Shown piece by piece: positions 27,428 to 38,300 of a stretch of DNA of 49,568 bases. A program made the position numbers and the translations under genes. Location of the stretch: NCBI GenBank assembly GCA_003252515.1, contig QKDR01000143.1, positions 1-49,568 on the forward strand, given 5' to 3'. The DNA comes from Candidatus Delongbacteria bacterium. Lineage in GTDB: Bacteria; UBA4055. Each line of letters opens with the position of its first letter. Positions within the stretch are counted from its first letter, which is position 1. Under the pieces are notes generated by a model. That model made no database searches. It had not been told where the DNA came from and saw only the letters and a program-made list of their open reading frames with translations.

Positions 27428-28636
27428 ATGGTTTTATTTCGGATCGTAAATTTAAGAAAGGTACGACAAGTGGAAAATTCAACCGGTCAGGAAATTACGA
27501 AAAAGAAGTTTGACTATCCTACAGTATTAACGGTTTCAGTTTCACATCTGATCTCAGATATGTATTCGGCATTTCTGGCACCTGTTCTGCCTCTGCTTAT
27601 AACAGGCCTCGGCATTTCAAAATTTCAGGCCGGCATGCTTGATTTCGCCAGAAAGATCCCGTCTCTGCTCAATCCGCTTTTCGGAATGATCGCAGACCGT
27701 CTGGACGCAAAATACTTTCTTATATTAGGCTCCATAATAATCACTGTATCGATGAGCCTTCTGGGACTTGTAGGCGACTTTCCTACGTTGTTCATACTTA
27801 TCTTCATAGCCGGCATAGGCACCAGTATCTATCATGTTCCCGGTCCGGTCATAATCAAAAAAGTTGCTCCGGAAAGACTCGGTCTCGGAATGAGCTTTTA
27901 CATGCTTGGAGGCGAATTCGCGAGGACAATGGGACCGCTCGTTATCTTATCTTCCATCAGTATGTGGACATTTGAAGGAAGCTGGAAGGTAATGCCTCTT
28001 GGCCTTGCTGTCGCGGTTTTTCTATATTTTAAGGTCAGGAAGATCGAAGTGCACAAGAAAAATACGAACGGGAACGCTAGACTCCGTGATTATAAAAAAT
28101 ATATTCGGTTCTTCATCATCATAACAGGAATAGTCGTATTCAGATCAGGTATGCATTCAGCTCTTACATTATATCTTCCGACGTACATGACCTCAAAAGG
28201 CAATTCGTTGTGGCTGTCAGGGATCTCGCTTTCAATTCTGCAGTTCGCGGGAGCAGCCGGTACTTTCACGATAGGGAATCTTTCTGACAGGATCGGCAGA
28301 AAAAAAACACTTCTTATACTTTCCGTGCTCAATCCGCTGCTTATGCTCGCATTTATTTATTCGTCCGGGATATTACTTTTTCCGGTCCTTATACTTGCCG
28401 GATTCATACTTTTCGGCAGCAATCCAATAATTCTGGCTCTTGTTCAGGAAAGAGATTCTGAAAATCTGTCTTTTCTGAACGGTACATATATGACCATAAG
28501 CTTTGTGGGAAGTTCCGCAATGGTGCTGACAGTGGGTTATTTATCCGACATTTTCGGCCTTGATGCCACTTATCTGACTACCGTATTCCTTTCCGTCGCT
28601 GTCATACCTTTTGTTTTGATGCTCAGAACTAAATAA
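27428..28636 (+). CDS. MFS transporter (Fsr-like)
   Basis: About 12 TM helices; SHLISDMY, GMIADR, GNLSDRIGRKK. The true start may be GTG 27470. Confidence 0.9.
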   Translation: MVLFRIVNLRKVRQVENSTGQEITKKKFDYPTVLTVSVSHLISDMYSAFLAPVLPLLITGLGISKFQAGMLDFARKIPSLLNPLFGMIADRLDAKYFLILGSIIITVSMSLLGLVGDFPTLFILIFIAGIGTSIYHVPGPVIIKKVAPERLGLGMSFYMLGGEFARTMGPLVILSSISMWTFEGSWKVMPLGLAVAVFLYFKVRKIEVHKKNTNGNARLRDYKKYIRFFIIITGIVVFRSGMHSALTLYLPTYMTSKGNSLWLSGISLSILQFAGAAGTFTIGNLSDRIGRKKTLLILSVLNPLLMLAFIYSSGILLFPVLILAGFILFGSNPIILALVQERDSENLSFLNGTYMTISFVGSSAMVLTVGYLSDIFGLDATYLTTVFLSVAVIPFVLMLRTK

Positions 28637-28806
28637 AAAGAGCGTAAGTTCGTTCTTAGTCGTAAAAACAATATCTTTATTTGATCAGAACCATTTTCCT
28701 GCTTACAGTATTATCTCCTGATTCTAAAATTTTTGCTAAAACTATATTATTACGTATTTAAAGTCAATTCTAAAAATCATCCGGCAATAATTAAAGGATA
28801 AATTTC

Positions 28807-28835
28807 TTGACTTAAAAAAACACAGGAATTATATT
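28807..28835 (+). promoter_or_regulatory. sigma70 promoter of acpP-fabF-rnc
   Basis: TTGACT, 17 bp spacer, TATATT. Confidence 0.7.
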
Positions 28836-28874
28836 TCAACCGATTTAAAATAACCAACAATCAAGGAGAATAAA

Positions 28875-29111
28875 ATGTCGGTAGAACAAAGGGTAAAAGA
28901 AATCATAATGGACGAACTTGGCGTTGACGAAGCAGCAGTAGTTCCCGGAGCATCTTTCATCAATGACCTGGGTGCGGACTCCCTCGCGACAGTAGAACTT
29001 GTAATGAAATTCGAAGACGAGTTCGATATAAAGATCGAAGAGGAAGACGCGGAGAAGATCACTACAGTCGGATCGGCCGTTGATTTCATCAAAAAGCAGC
29101 TCGGCGAGTAA
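28875..29111 (+). CDS. acpP: Acyl carrier protein
   Basis: DLGADSL phosphopantetheine site; AAGGAG RBS. Confidence 0.97.
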   Translation: MSVEQRVKEIIMDELGVDEAAVVPGASFINDLGADSLATVELVMKFEDEFDIKIEEEDAEKITTVGSAVDFIKKQLGE

Positions 29112-29135
29112 TTGTTCATATAAATAAATGAAAAG

Positions 29136-29163
29136 TAAGGGAATGAATTTTCCCTTATTTTTT
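29136..29163 (+). terminator. Internal terminator-like hairpin between acpP and fabF
   Basis: TAAGGGAA-tgaatt-TTCCCTTA-TTTTTT. Confidence 0.6.
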
Positions 29164-29186
29164 ATCACTCCGAAGATTAATTAAAA

Positions 29187-30443
29187 ATGAGTAAATTTAT
29201 GAAAAGAAGGGTTGTGGTTACTGGAATGGGCGTTTTTTCAACGCTCGGAACAGATGTTGAGGAGTTCTACAATAACCTGCTTAACGGAGTATCGGGAATA
29301 TCTTCGATCGAAAGGTTCGACACTTCCGAGATATCCGTTAAAATAGCGGGAGAGATCAAGAACTATGATCCCGAAAAATATTTTGAGAAGAACGAGGCTA
29401 AAAGGCTCGACAGGTTCACACAATATGCCCTGATCGCGGCAGAAAGCGCTATGAAAGATTCAGGTCTTGATCTGGACTCAATAGACAGGAACAGGTTCGC
29501 GGTTATAACTGCATCAGGTATCGGCGGAATGGAGACATGGCAGTCAAACCATAAGATACTTCTTGAAAAAGGCCCGCGCCGCGTAAGCCCTTTATTCATA
29601 CCTATGATGATCTCGGATATCGCCGCCGGCAGGATCTCGATGAAATGGGATCTGAAGGGCCCGAACTTCTCCACTACATCCGCCTGTTCATCATCCGGAC
29701 ACGCTATCGGTACTTCGTACAGGACAATACAGTACGGCGACGCTGATTTCGCTATCTGCGGAGGAGCCGAGGCAGTCATCACCGACCTCGCGATCGCCGG
29801 ATTCGCCAACATGAAAGCGCTGTCTACAAGGAATGACGAACCTCAGAAAGCAAGCAGACCTTTTGATAAAGACAGGGACGGCTTCGTTATGGGAGAAGGT
29901 TCCGGTATGCTGATTCTGGAAGAATATGAACATGCAGTCAAAAGAGGCGCGAGAATATACGCAGAGATCGCGGGTATCGGTTTTTCGGGTGACGCGAAAG
30001 ACATAGTGGCTCCGGACCCCGAAGGCGACGGAGCTAAAAGAGCTATGCTCGCAGCTGTTGCCGATGCCGGAATAAAACCTGAGGATATCGATCATATAAA
30101 CACACACGGTACTTCCACACCTACCGGAGACATTCCCGAGACTCTGGCAATAAAAAAGGCTTTCGGAGATCACGCATATAAGATCGCTATTAATTCTACT
30201 AAATCAATGATAGGGCATCTTTTGGGTGCGGCTGGAGCTGTAGAGCTCATCGGTACTATTAAGGCCGTTCAGACAAACACAGTTCATCCTACCGTTAATC
30301 TTGACAATCCGGAGCTTCCGGTATGCGATCTCGATTATACTCCGAACAAGTCCGTAAAACGAACAGTTAATTATGCGCTCAGCAACACTTTCGGTTTCGG
30401 AGGACACAACGCCTCAATACTCGTAAAAAAGTTTGAAGGCTAG
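29187..30443 (+). CDS. fabF: 3-oxoacyl-ACP synthase II
   Basis: RRVVVTGMG, TSACSSSGHAIG, NTHGTST, KSMIGHLLGAAG, SNTFGFGGHN. Confidence 0.97.
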   Translation: MSKFMKRRVVVTGMGVFSTLGTDVEEFYNNLLNGVSGISSIERFDTSEISVKIAGEIKNYDPEKYFEKNEAKRLDRFTQYALIAAESAMKDSGLDLDSIDRNRFAVITASGIGGMETWQSNHKILLEKGPRRVSPLFIPMMISDIAAGRISMKWDLKGPNFSTTSACSSSGHAIGTSYRTIQYGDADFAICGGAEAVITDLAIAGFANMKALSTRNDEPQKASRPFDKDRDGFVMGEGSGMLILEEYEHAVKRGARIYAEIAGIGFSGDAKDIVAPDPEGDGAKRAMLAAVADAGIKPEDIDHINTHGTSTPTGDIPETLAIKKAFGDHAYKIAINSTKSMIGHLLGAAGAVELIGTIKAVQTNTVHPTVNLDNPELPVCDLDYTPNKSVKRTVNYALSNTFGFGGHNASILVKKFEG

Positions 30444-31233
30444 ATTGTTCCGTAGATTTTTACAACGATTTTTCAGCAAAGACCTGAATATACCTCAGAA
30501 ACTCCTTGATAACATCAGGGAGCTTGAGAATTTTCTGCGTTATTCATTTACTGACAAACACCTGCTTCTTCAGGCGCTTAAACACAGATCATACGTCGCG
30601 GGAAGCGGCGAAAGCAGAAAAGAATCTAACGAAAGACTTGAATTTCTGGGCGATTCGGTACTTAACTTTATTGTGGGTAAACATTTTTATGAACAATACA
30701 GTGAAAAACAGGAAGGCGAACTGACCAAAATGAGATCTGTACTCGTTTCAGGAGGGAATCTGAGCGATACAGCAAGAGAGATCGGTCTCGGCAGATTTAT
30801 TCTTATAGGGGAATTCGAGGAAAGATCGGGCGGCAGAGATAAGGACTCTATCCTCGAGGACTGCATGGAAGCCCTTATCGGTGCGGTCTATCTGGACGGC
30901 GGAATTGAAAGAACATCAAAACTGATAGAACGGATCATTCTTGTAAAAGCGGTTGAAAAATTCGGCAGTAAAAAATATTCGAACTACAAATCGGAACTGC
31001 TTGAACTTGTTCAGTCGTACGGATTTTCCCCGCCCACTTACGAGACGGTTAATACTGAAGGTCCGGAACACGAGAAGACATTTACAGTGAACGTTCTTAT
31101 AAACGGCAATATCATTGCTGAAGGTATCGCTAATTCAAAGAAGAAAGCCGAACAGGAAGCCAGCGCCAAAGCTCTCGATTTGATCTCGAACGATGAAAAC
31201 ATACTGAAGATGATTAAAGTATCTGAAGAATAA
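30433..31233 (+). CDS. rnc: Ribonuclease III
   Basis: NERLEFLGDSVL, EALIGAVYLDGG, C-terminal dsRBD (GPEHEKTF...SKKKAEQEAS). Confidence 0.97.
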   Translation: MKARLFRRFLQRFFSKDLNIPQKLLDNIRELENFLRYSFTDKHLLLQALKHRSYVAGSGESRKESNERLEFLGDSVLNFIVGKHFYEQYSEKQEGELTKMRSVLVSGGNLSDTAREIGLGRFILIGEFEERSGGRDKDSILEDCMEALIGAVYLDGGIERTSKLIERIILVKAVEKFGSKKYSNYKSELLELVQSYGFSPPTYETVNTEGPEHEKTFTVNVLINGNIIAEGIANSKKKAEQEASAKALDLISNDENILKMIKVSEE

Positions 31234-31257
31234 TATAGAATGAAAATAATACAAAAT

Positions 31258-31290
31258 AAAAAAGGCGGTTTCTCTGAACCGCCTTTTTTT
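31258..31290. terminator. Bidirectional intrinsic terminator between rnc and rplT
   Basis: AAAAAA-GGCGGTT-tctctg-AACCGCC-TTTTTTT. Confidence 0.9.
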
Positions 31291-31291
31291 C

Positions 31292-31636
31292 TTACTTAAC
31301 GCTTTCCACGAGTTTTTTGAAGCCTTCAGGATCTTCCACAGCCATAGCGGCAAGGACTCTCCTGTCAAGATCGATATTCTTAAGAGACAACTTGTGCATG
31401 AATTCGGAATATGACAGCCCGTTAAGTCTTGCTGCCGCATTGATCCTTATTATCCACAGCTCCCTGAATTTTCTTTTTTTGACTTTTCTGTCTCTGTAGG
31501 CGTACTGACCCGCCTTCTTGGTCGCGTCGTAAGCGGATTCTATTAGCTTACTCCGTCTTCCCCAATAACCTTTAGCGGCCTTTAAGACCTTCTTTCTGCG
31601 GTTACGGGAGGCTACTCTTGTGTTAGCTCTTGGCAT
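31292..31636 (-). CDS. rplT: 50S ribosomal protein L20
   Basis: [38 protein letters not shown]. Confidence 0.98.
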   Translation of the reverse strand: MPRANTRVASRNRRKKVLKAAKGYWGRRSKLIESAYDATKKAGQYAYRDRKVKKRKFRELWIIRINAAARLNGLSYSEFMHKLSLKNIDLDRRVLAAMAVEDPEGFKKLVESVK

Positions 31637-31661
31637 TTTTTCTCCTTCGTTTCAGCAATTA

Positions 31662-31859
31662 TTAATTGCCTTTGATTAATTGTCTTACCTTTACGGAATC
31701 TACAGCTGCTAAGATCCCTCCTCTTCTGAGTTTCCTTTTTCTTTTTGCGGACCTGTTGGTGAGAAGATGGCTTGTAAAAGCGGATCCGATCTTGACCTTT
31801 CCGCTGGCGGTCAGCCTCATTCTCTTCCTTGCAGCCCTGTGTGATTTGATCTTGGGCAT
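31662..31859 (-). CDS. rpmI: 50S ribosomal protein L35
   Basis: MPKIKSHRAARKR...TASGKVK...HLL...KRKRKLR; lies between infC and rplT. Confidence 0.97.
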   Translation of the reverse strand: MPKIKSHRAARKRMRLTASGKVKIGSAFTSHLLTNRSAKRKRKLRRGGILAAVDSVKVRQLIKGN

Positions 31860-31883
31860 TTTTACTCCTTGCTCGTTTTTGCG

Positions 31884-32426
31884 TTATTTCTTCGTAAGTA
31901 TCATTGAAATTCTTCTGTTCCCTTCCTGTTCGATATCTTTATCGATCTTCGCTATGTCCTCAATAAAACCGAAGAAAGTCTTTAAAAGTTCCATTCCCAT
32001 TTCCCTGTGGGCGATCTCCCTTCCCCTGTACTGAAGGAACACTTTAACTTTATTGCCTTCCTCCAGAAACTCTCTTGCTTTTTTGGACTTTATCTCGATG
32101 TCGTGATTATCAATATTTACCGACATTATCCTTATCGTCTTCAGAGAAACAGTATGCTGTTTCTTTTTGCTTTCCTTCTCTTTCTTCTGAAGCTCGTAAC
32201 GGTATTTGCCGTAATCGATTATCTTGCAGACCGGAGGATTTGCCTTGGGCGCTATTTCAACAAGGTCGAGGCTCTTTGATACAGCCATTTCCAGTGCTTC
32301 TTTGCTTGTGACTACACCTACCTGCTCTCCGTTCTCGTCTATCAGTCTCACCTTTTCATGAGTTATAGCATCATTGATGTTGAGCTCATTTTCATCTTTC
32401 TTTTTAAAAGCGAAGCCTTTCTTAAT
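31884..32426 (-). CDS. infC: Translation initiation factor IF-3 (ATT start)
   Basis: VRLIDENGEQVG, LDLVEIAP..PPVCKIIDYGK, RGRE. The frame extends upstream through INDAI to ATT at 32426-32424, preceded by GAGGTG. Confidence 0.95.
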   Translation of the reverse strand: MKKGFAFKKKDENELNINDAITHEKVRLIDENGEQVGVVTSKEALEMAVSKSLDLVEIAPKANPPVCKIIDYGKYRYELQKKEKESKKKQHTVSLKTIRIMSVNIDNHDIEIKSKKAREFLEEGNKVKVFLQYRGREIAHREMGMELLKTFFGFIEDIAKIDKDIEQEGNRRISMILTKK

Positions 32427-32447
32427 ACCGCACCTCTTTGATTTATT

Positions 32448-34379
32448 TTACAGTTCGAGTTTATATCCTTCGGGAAGAACTCTTCTGTTTCTTTCATCCT
32501 TTATCTTTCCGATGAATGAATCCAGGTCGAATTCACCGATATTTCCTTTTTTATGCTGTCTGACGGTAAATACGCCCGTGTCTTTCTCTTTTTCTCCGAT
32601 CACAAGCATATAAGGAACTCTTTTGACGCTCTCTGCTTCTCTTATCTTGTAGCCGATCTTTTCGCTTCTCTCGTCAAAATCGACTCTGAAACCCTCAGAT
32701 ACGAATTTATCCATTACCTCTTTTGCGAAATCGTTGAATCTGTCGCTGACTGGCATAACAGATATCTGGATGGGAGCAAGCCACAGAGGAAAGAATCCAC
32801 CGAAATGTTCCAGGATTATGCCGAGGAACCTTTCCAATGAGCCGTAAAGAGCTCTGTGGATCATTATTACTCTTTTTTTATCTGAATTCTCATCAATATA
32901 AGTCAGGTCGAACCTTTCAGGCAGGTTCATATCCAGCTGGACCGTGCCGCACTGCCAGGCTTTTCCGAGCGCGTTCCTGACGTAAATATCGATCTTGGGA
33001 CCGTAGAAAGCCGCGTCACCTTCGTTTATCACGTATTCCTGTCCGTATTCCTCAAGCGCAGAACGGAGACCTTCTGTCGCTATCTCCCAGTCCTCAAGCT
33101 TTCCTATATATTTCTCGCCTCTGGTTGACAGCGCCAGCGAGTATTCAAGTCCGAATGTTCTGTATATCCTGTCGGTCAGTCTGATTACGCCGAGTATCTC
33201 GTCCTTTATCTGATCGGCTCTCATGAATATGTGGGCATCGTCCTGAGTAAATGCGATTACCCTGAACAGTCCGGTCAGCGCGCCCGAGAACTCTTTTCTG
33301 TGAACGTGTCCCAATTCTGACACTCTAAGCGGAAGTTCTCTATACGAGTGAAGTTTCGATTTATACCAGAGCATACCGCCCGGGCAGTTCATCGGCTTCA
33401 GCGCGTTCTCTGTCTCCTCCATCTCTGTCACGAACATGTTGTCCTTGTAGTTCATCCAGTGGCCCGAAGTTTCCCAAAGCGATTTTGTCATAAGCTGAGG
33501 GGTCTGTATCTCCTGATAACCGTCTATGTTGTGCTCGTATCTCCAGTAGTCTATCAGCAACTGTTTGACGATAACGCCGCTGTGGTGATAGAACGGGATG
33601 CCGGGCGCTTCGGGATGGAAGCTGAACAGATCGAGCTCCCTGCCGAGTTTGCGGTGATCCCTTTTCTCAGCCTCTTCCCTTATCTTTAAGAACATATCGA
33701 GTTCTTCCTGAGACGGGAAGCTGATACCGTATATCCTCTGGAGCATGGCGTTCTTCGAATCTCCGCGCCAGTAGGCTCCTGAAGTTGAAAGTGTTTTGAA
33801 CTTTTTGACAGAAGAAGTGCTTATCAGATGCGGTCCGCGGCACAGATCGGTGAATTCGCCGTTGGTATACATCGAGATCGTCTCTCCTTCCGGCAGAACT
33901 TCGATCAGTTCGACTTTATATATCTCGTTCTTTGATCTGAAAAATTCGAGAGCCTCTTCTCTGCTCACGACCTTCCTTTCGAACTTCTGGTTCTCTTTAA
34001 TTATCTTCTGAACTTCTTTCTCAATCTTCTCCAAATCCTCGTCAGTAAACGGTTCGTGTTCGAAATCGTAATAAAATCCCTGCTCGATCGAAGGCCCTAT
34101 GGCGACTTTTGTTCCCGGGAAAAGCCTTATTACGGCCTGGGCCATTATATGAGAGGTCGAGTGCCAGTACACATCTTTGCCTTCCTCGTCAGAAAATTTC
34201 AGGAATTTCAATTCGCAGTTATTATCTATTTTAGCGGTCAGGTCTGTCAGCCTGCCGTCTATTTTCGCTATGACGGATTCCTTTGCTAAAGCGGGACTGA
34301 TGTTTTTAGCCACTTCTATTGCCGAAATTCCTTCATCGTATTCTTTTACGTTCCCGTCCGGGAATTTTATCTTTACCAT
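32448..34379 (-). CDS. thrS: Threonine--tRNA ligase
   Basis: TGS N-terminus, DLCRGPH, RDHRKLG, KPMNCP, AAFYGPKID, HRALYGSLERF. Confidence 0.98.
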   Translation of the reverse strand: MVKIKFPDGNVKEYDEGISAIEVAKNISPALAKESVIAKIDGRLTDLTAKIDNNCELKFLKFSDEEGKDVYWHSTSHIMAQAVIRLFPGTKVAIGPSIEQGFYYDFEHEPFTDEDLEKIEKEVQKIIKENQKFERKVVSREEALEFFRSKNEIYKVELIEVLPEGETISMYTNGEFTDLCRGPHLISTSSVKKFKTLSTSGAYWRGDSKNAMLQRIYGISFPSQEELDMFLKIREEAEKRDHRKLGRELDLFSFHPEAPGIPFYHHSGVIVKQLLIDYWRYEHNIDGYQEIQTPQLMTKSLWETSGHWMNYKDNMFVTEMEETENALKPMNCPGGMLWYKSKLHSYRELPLRVSELGHVHRKEFSGALTGLFRVIAFTQDDAHIFMRADQIKDEILGVIRLTDRIYRTFGLEYSLALSTRGEKYIGKLEDWEIATEGLRSALEEYGQEYVINEGDAAFYGPKIDIYVRNALGKAWQCGTVQLDMNLPERFDLTYIDENSDKKRVIMIHRALYGSLERFLGIILEHFGGFFPLWLAPIQISVMPVSDRFNDFAKEVMDKFVSEGFRVDFDERSEKIGYKIREAESVKRVPYMLVIGEKEKDTGVFTVRQHKKGNIGEFDLDSFIGKIKDERNRRVLPEGYKLEL

Positions 34380-34427
34380 AATGCCTCTTCTCTATCGCGC
34401 GTTCCCTTTATTCTTAAAAAGCCTGAT

Positions 34428-34456
34428 AATATATGTCTTATCTCGCCCCAAGTCAA
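34428..34456 (-). promoter_or_regulatory. sigma70 promoter of thrS
   Basis: TTGACT (34456-34451), 17 bp spacer, TATATT (34433-34428). Confidence 0.7.
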
Positions 34457-34465
34457 GAAAAATCA

Positions 34466-34981
34466 TTACTGTCCGCTCTCATTCTTCTTTTCAAAAAAAA
34501 TATAATGAATTATCAGGAACGCCATACCGACTGTCACAAAGGAATCAGCTATGTTGAACACGGGCCACCTTTCCATAATAAAATCAGGAAAATCGCAGTC
34601 GATGAAATCGACCACTCTTCCCGTAGATATCCTGTCGACAAGATTTCCTGCAGCACCTCCCAGAATCATACTAAATGCCCACAATTCTGTTTTCTTTTTA
34701 ATATCAGTCTTAGCTATAAGCCAGATGATCGCCAGTGATGCCGCGATTGAAACCCCGGAAAGAAAATATCTGCCGCCGAGTTTAATGCTGAAAGCGATAC
34801 CTTCATTGTAGGCCAGAGTGAACCTGGCGAACTCTTCGCCGACGGCTTTTACTGAGTTTCCTTCGATGCCTGACAGATAATTCTCAAAAAAATTCTTTGA
34901 TATCCTGTCCGCGGCCACTATAATAGCCGAAACGGCAAAAAATGCCGATCTGCTCCGGAAAGATCCTAGAAAGCTTTTCAT
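34466..34981 (-). CDS. lspA: Lipoprotein signal peptidase
   Basis: YNEGIAFS, GGAAGNLVDR, VVDFID, WPVFNIADS. Confidence 0.96.
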   Translation of the reverse strand: MKSFLGSFRSRSAFFAVSAIIVAADRISKNFFENYLSGIEGNSVKAVGEEFARFTLAYNEGIAFSIKLGGRYFLSGVSIAASLAIIWLIAKTDIKKKTELWAFSMILGGAAGNLVDRISTGRVVDFIDCDFPDFIMERWPVFNIADSFVTVGMAFLIIHYIFFEKKNESGQ

Positions 34982-34990
34982 ATCCGACTT

Positions 34991-35365
34991 CTAGTCTTTC
35001 CTTTCCTTGTTCGCTTTGCAGTCGAAACACAGTGTCGCGTGAGGGACTATTTTGAGTCTTTTCTTGTCTATGAGCTTACCGCATGACCTGCATACTCCGT
35101 AATTCCCTGTCTCTATCCTTCTGAGAGCCCCTTCAAGGTTCGTGATGAATTTTCCCTCTCTCTGAGCCATATAGAAATCGAGCTCTCTCGCCTGATGCTC
35201 AGTACCGAGCTCTTCGGAATGGGTTTCACCGGTCTGATCGACAATAGACTCGGAGTTATTCGCTATGTTGTGATCGATTATCTCCTTTGTTTCTTCGATC
35301 TGTTCGAGAATGATCTTCTTGAAGACTTCCAGCTCGGATTTGCTGTATTTCATCTTTTCGGCCAT
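34991..35365 (-). CDS. TraR/DksA C4-type zinc finger protein
   Basis: ALRRIETGNYGVCRSCGKLIDKKRLKIVPHATLCFDCK. Confidence 0.93.
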   Translation of the reverse strand: MAEKMKYSKSELEVFKKIILEQIEETKEIIDHNIANNSESIVDQTGETHSEELGTEHQARELDFYMAQREGKFITNLEGALRRIETGNYGVCRSCGKLIDKKRLKIVPHATLCFDCKANKERKD

Positions 35366-35390
35366 AGGTGCTCCTCTGTTTTTATAGCAA

Positions 35391-38300
35391 TTAATTTATT
35401 TTCTCTATCGTCAGAACGCAGTCAAGACCGTTTATGTCAAGATCGTTTCCGCCGTCTTTCAATTTTTCATCCCTCTCTATTGAAACGCTCAGGGTTTCAG
35501 ACGCTATGTAGTCTTTCTGCTTCGCTATTGCTTCGCTCAGTTCATCTCCGGCATTGAATCTTACTTTTATCCTGTCGGATATCTCGAAGCCGTTGTCCTT
35601 TCTCATGTTCTGTATCCTGTTTATCAGCTCACGTGCGTGACATTCCGCTAAAAGCTCAGGCGTTATCGTGGCGTCCAGCGAAACAGTTATATCACCTTCC
35701 GATGCGGAGAATATACCGGGTTTCGATTCGTGCTGAACTGTCAGGTCCTCAAGAGATACAGATTCGCCTTCGACGGTTATAGTACCGCCCTGCTCGACCG
35801 CCCTTATATCTTTCAGGGTAAGCGCTGATATGCCTGCCGCGATATCCTTTACTTTCGATCCGAATTTTTTTCCGAGTGTCCTGAAGTTCGGTTTCGCCGT
35901 TATTTTAGCCAGCTCTTCTTCGTTCACGATCACGGTTACATCTTTCACGTTAAGCTCTTCCTTTATCAGCTCGCTGTATTCCCTGACCGCATTCTGGGTT
36001 ATTTCTCTGTTGGCTACGACAGTGAAGTTCGAAAGAGGCTGTCTTATCTTTATATTCTTCTCGTTCCTGAGCACACGCCCAAGTCTTACCGCAGTCTCTA
36101 CGAAGGACATTTTTTCTTCGAGCTCCCTGTCTATGAACTTCTCATCAACTTCCGGATAGTCCCTGAGGTGTACCGAAGGAGCAGCGTTCGGGAAAGCTGT
36201 CAGCTCGAGGTTCTGATACATCTCCTCGGCCACGAACGGCATTACCGGAGCTATCAGTTTTGTCAATATCGAGAGTACTTCGTAAAGTGTCTCATACGCA
36301 TGCAGTTTATCCTGATCGTTGCCGCTTTTCCAGAATCTTCTTCTGGACCTTCTTATATACCAGTTGGTCAGGTTATCTATGAAGTTAACCATCGCGGGAA
36401 GCACATTGTAAAGCTTGTATGCGGACATCTGCTCGTTGACCTCTTTGGTTAAACTCTGCAGGTACGACATTATCCACCTGTCGAGGTCGTTGGTCAGATC
36501 TTCGGGTTTGAAATATTCGGCCTGTGGTTTCCAGTTGTCTATGTTCGCGTATGTAACGAGGAAGCTGTAGCTGTTCCAGAGAGGGAGCATGACTTTTTTT
36601 ATCACGTCCATTATGCCCGATTCCGAGAATCTGAGGTTCTCCGCCCGTACAGCAGGCGAGTTTATCAGATACATCCTCATCGCGTCAGCGCCGTATTTGT
36701 CGAGTATCTCGGTGACCGGCGGATAGTTCTTCTTGGATTTTGACATCTTGCTGCCGTCCTCCGCCAGAACCGTACCGTTCACTATAACGTTGAGATAGGC
36801 GGGTTTGTTGAAGAGCGCTGTAGATATGACCAGCAGCTTATTGAACCATCCTCTGGTCTGATCTATACCTTCGGCTATGAAGTCGCACGGAAAATTCTCG
36901 TCGAACCTTTCCTTGTTCTCGAAAGGATAGTGGTTCTGGGCGTACGGCATTGATCCTGATTCGAACCAGCAGTCGAGCACTTCGGAAGTCCTTCTCATCA
37001 CTCCGCCGCAGGAACACTTCATCGTCATCGGATCTACAAAATGCTTGTGTATGTCTGTTATCTCTGATATGCCTGTTCTGTCCTTGAGTTCCTGCACTGA
37101 TCCTATGCACTCGGTCTGTCCGCATGATTCGCATATCCATACGGGCAGCGGCGCTCCCCAGTACCTGTTCCTCGATATGTGCCATTCCGGCATCTGCTCG
37201 AGAAGATTCCCGAACCTGCCGTATTTTATATTATCCGGTATCCAGTTTATCTGTTCATTATTCGCGAGCATATCCTTTTTTATCGGCTCGACCTCTATAA
37301 CCCAGCTGTCCGTTGCTTTCTGTATCAATCCGGTATCGCAGCGCCAGCAGTGCGGGTAACTGTGCTGCAAGGTATCGTGTTTTATCATCTTGCCGGAAGC
37401 TTTCAGGTCCTTTATTATCTGCTTGTCGGCGACTTTTATGTTTATGCCCTCGTAATCCGGTACTTCGGAATTGAACCTGCCCATATCGTCTATCGGGTTG
37501 AGCACGGGTATGTTATACTTTTTACCCGCCTCGAAATCCTCCTGACCGAAAGCAGGCGCCTGATGTACTATTCCGGTACCGTCCTCGGTAGAAACATAGT
37601 CAGCCTCTATTACGGTGTGTATGTATTCGTCCATGTCCTTGTAGTAATCGAACAAAGGTTCGTATTTGAGTCCGACAAGCTCTGATCCCGGAACTGTTTT
37701 GACAACTTCATACGTACCTTCTTTGAAGAAATGGGATATTCTGTCCGTAGCCATTACGAGAACTTTTCCGTCCTCACTGCTCTTTACTAATGAATATTCT
37801 ATACTGTTCTTGACAGCCAGAGCCGCATTTGAAGGCAGGGTCCACGGTGTCGTAGTCCATGCCGTCAGCCACAGGTTCTCCTCGCCTCTGACCTTGAATA
37901 TCACGGTCACTGAAGGATCCTGAACGTCTTTGTACTCCAGACTGGCTTCATGCTTTGAAAGCGGCGTTGAACATCTTGTGCAGAAGTGGTTGACCCTGTA
38001 CCCTTTCTTGACGAGTCCTCTGTCCCATATGGTCTTGAACACCCACCAGACAGATTCCATATACTCGATGTCCATGGTCTTGTAGTCGTCCACGAAATCT
38101 ACCCATCTTCCTGTCCTGTCGATTATCTTTTCCCATTCGTCGACATATTTTAATACTATGCCTCTGCAAGCTTCGTTGAATTTATCTATCCCGAAATCCT
38201 CGATGTCTTTCTTGGACTCGAAATTAAGTTCTTTCTCCACTTCGTATTCTACCGGAAGACCGTGGCAGTCCCAGCCGAACCTTCTCGAAACGTATTTTCC

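Noticed and set aside
28829-29168. Antisense ORFs over acpP
   Set aside because: Shadow frames of a highly conserved gene.
34380-34465. T-box leader for thrS (also checked upstream of ileS)
   Set aside because: The intergenic space is too short, and there is no T-box sequence or terminator.
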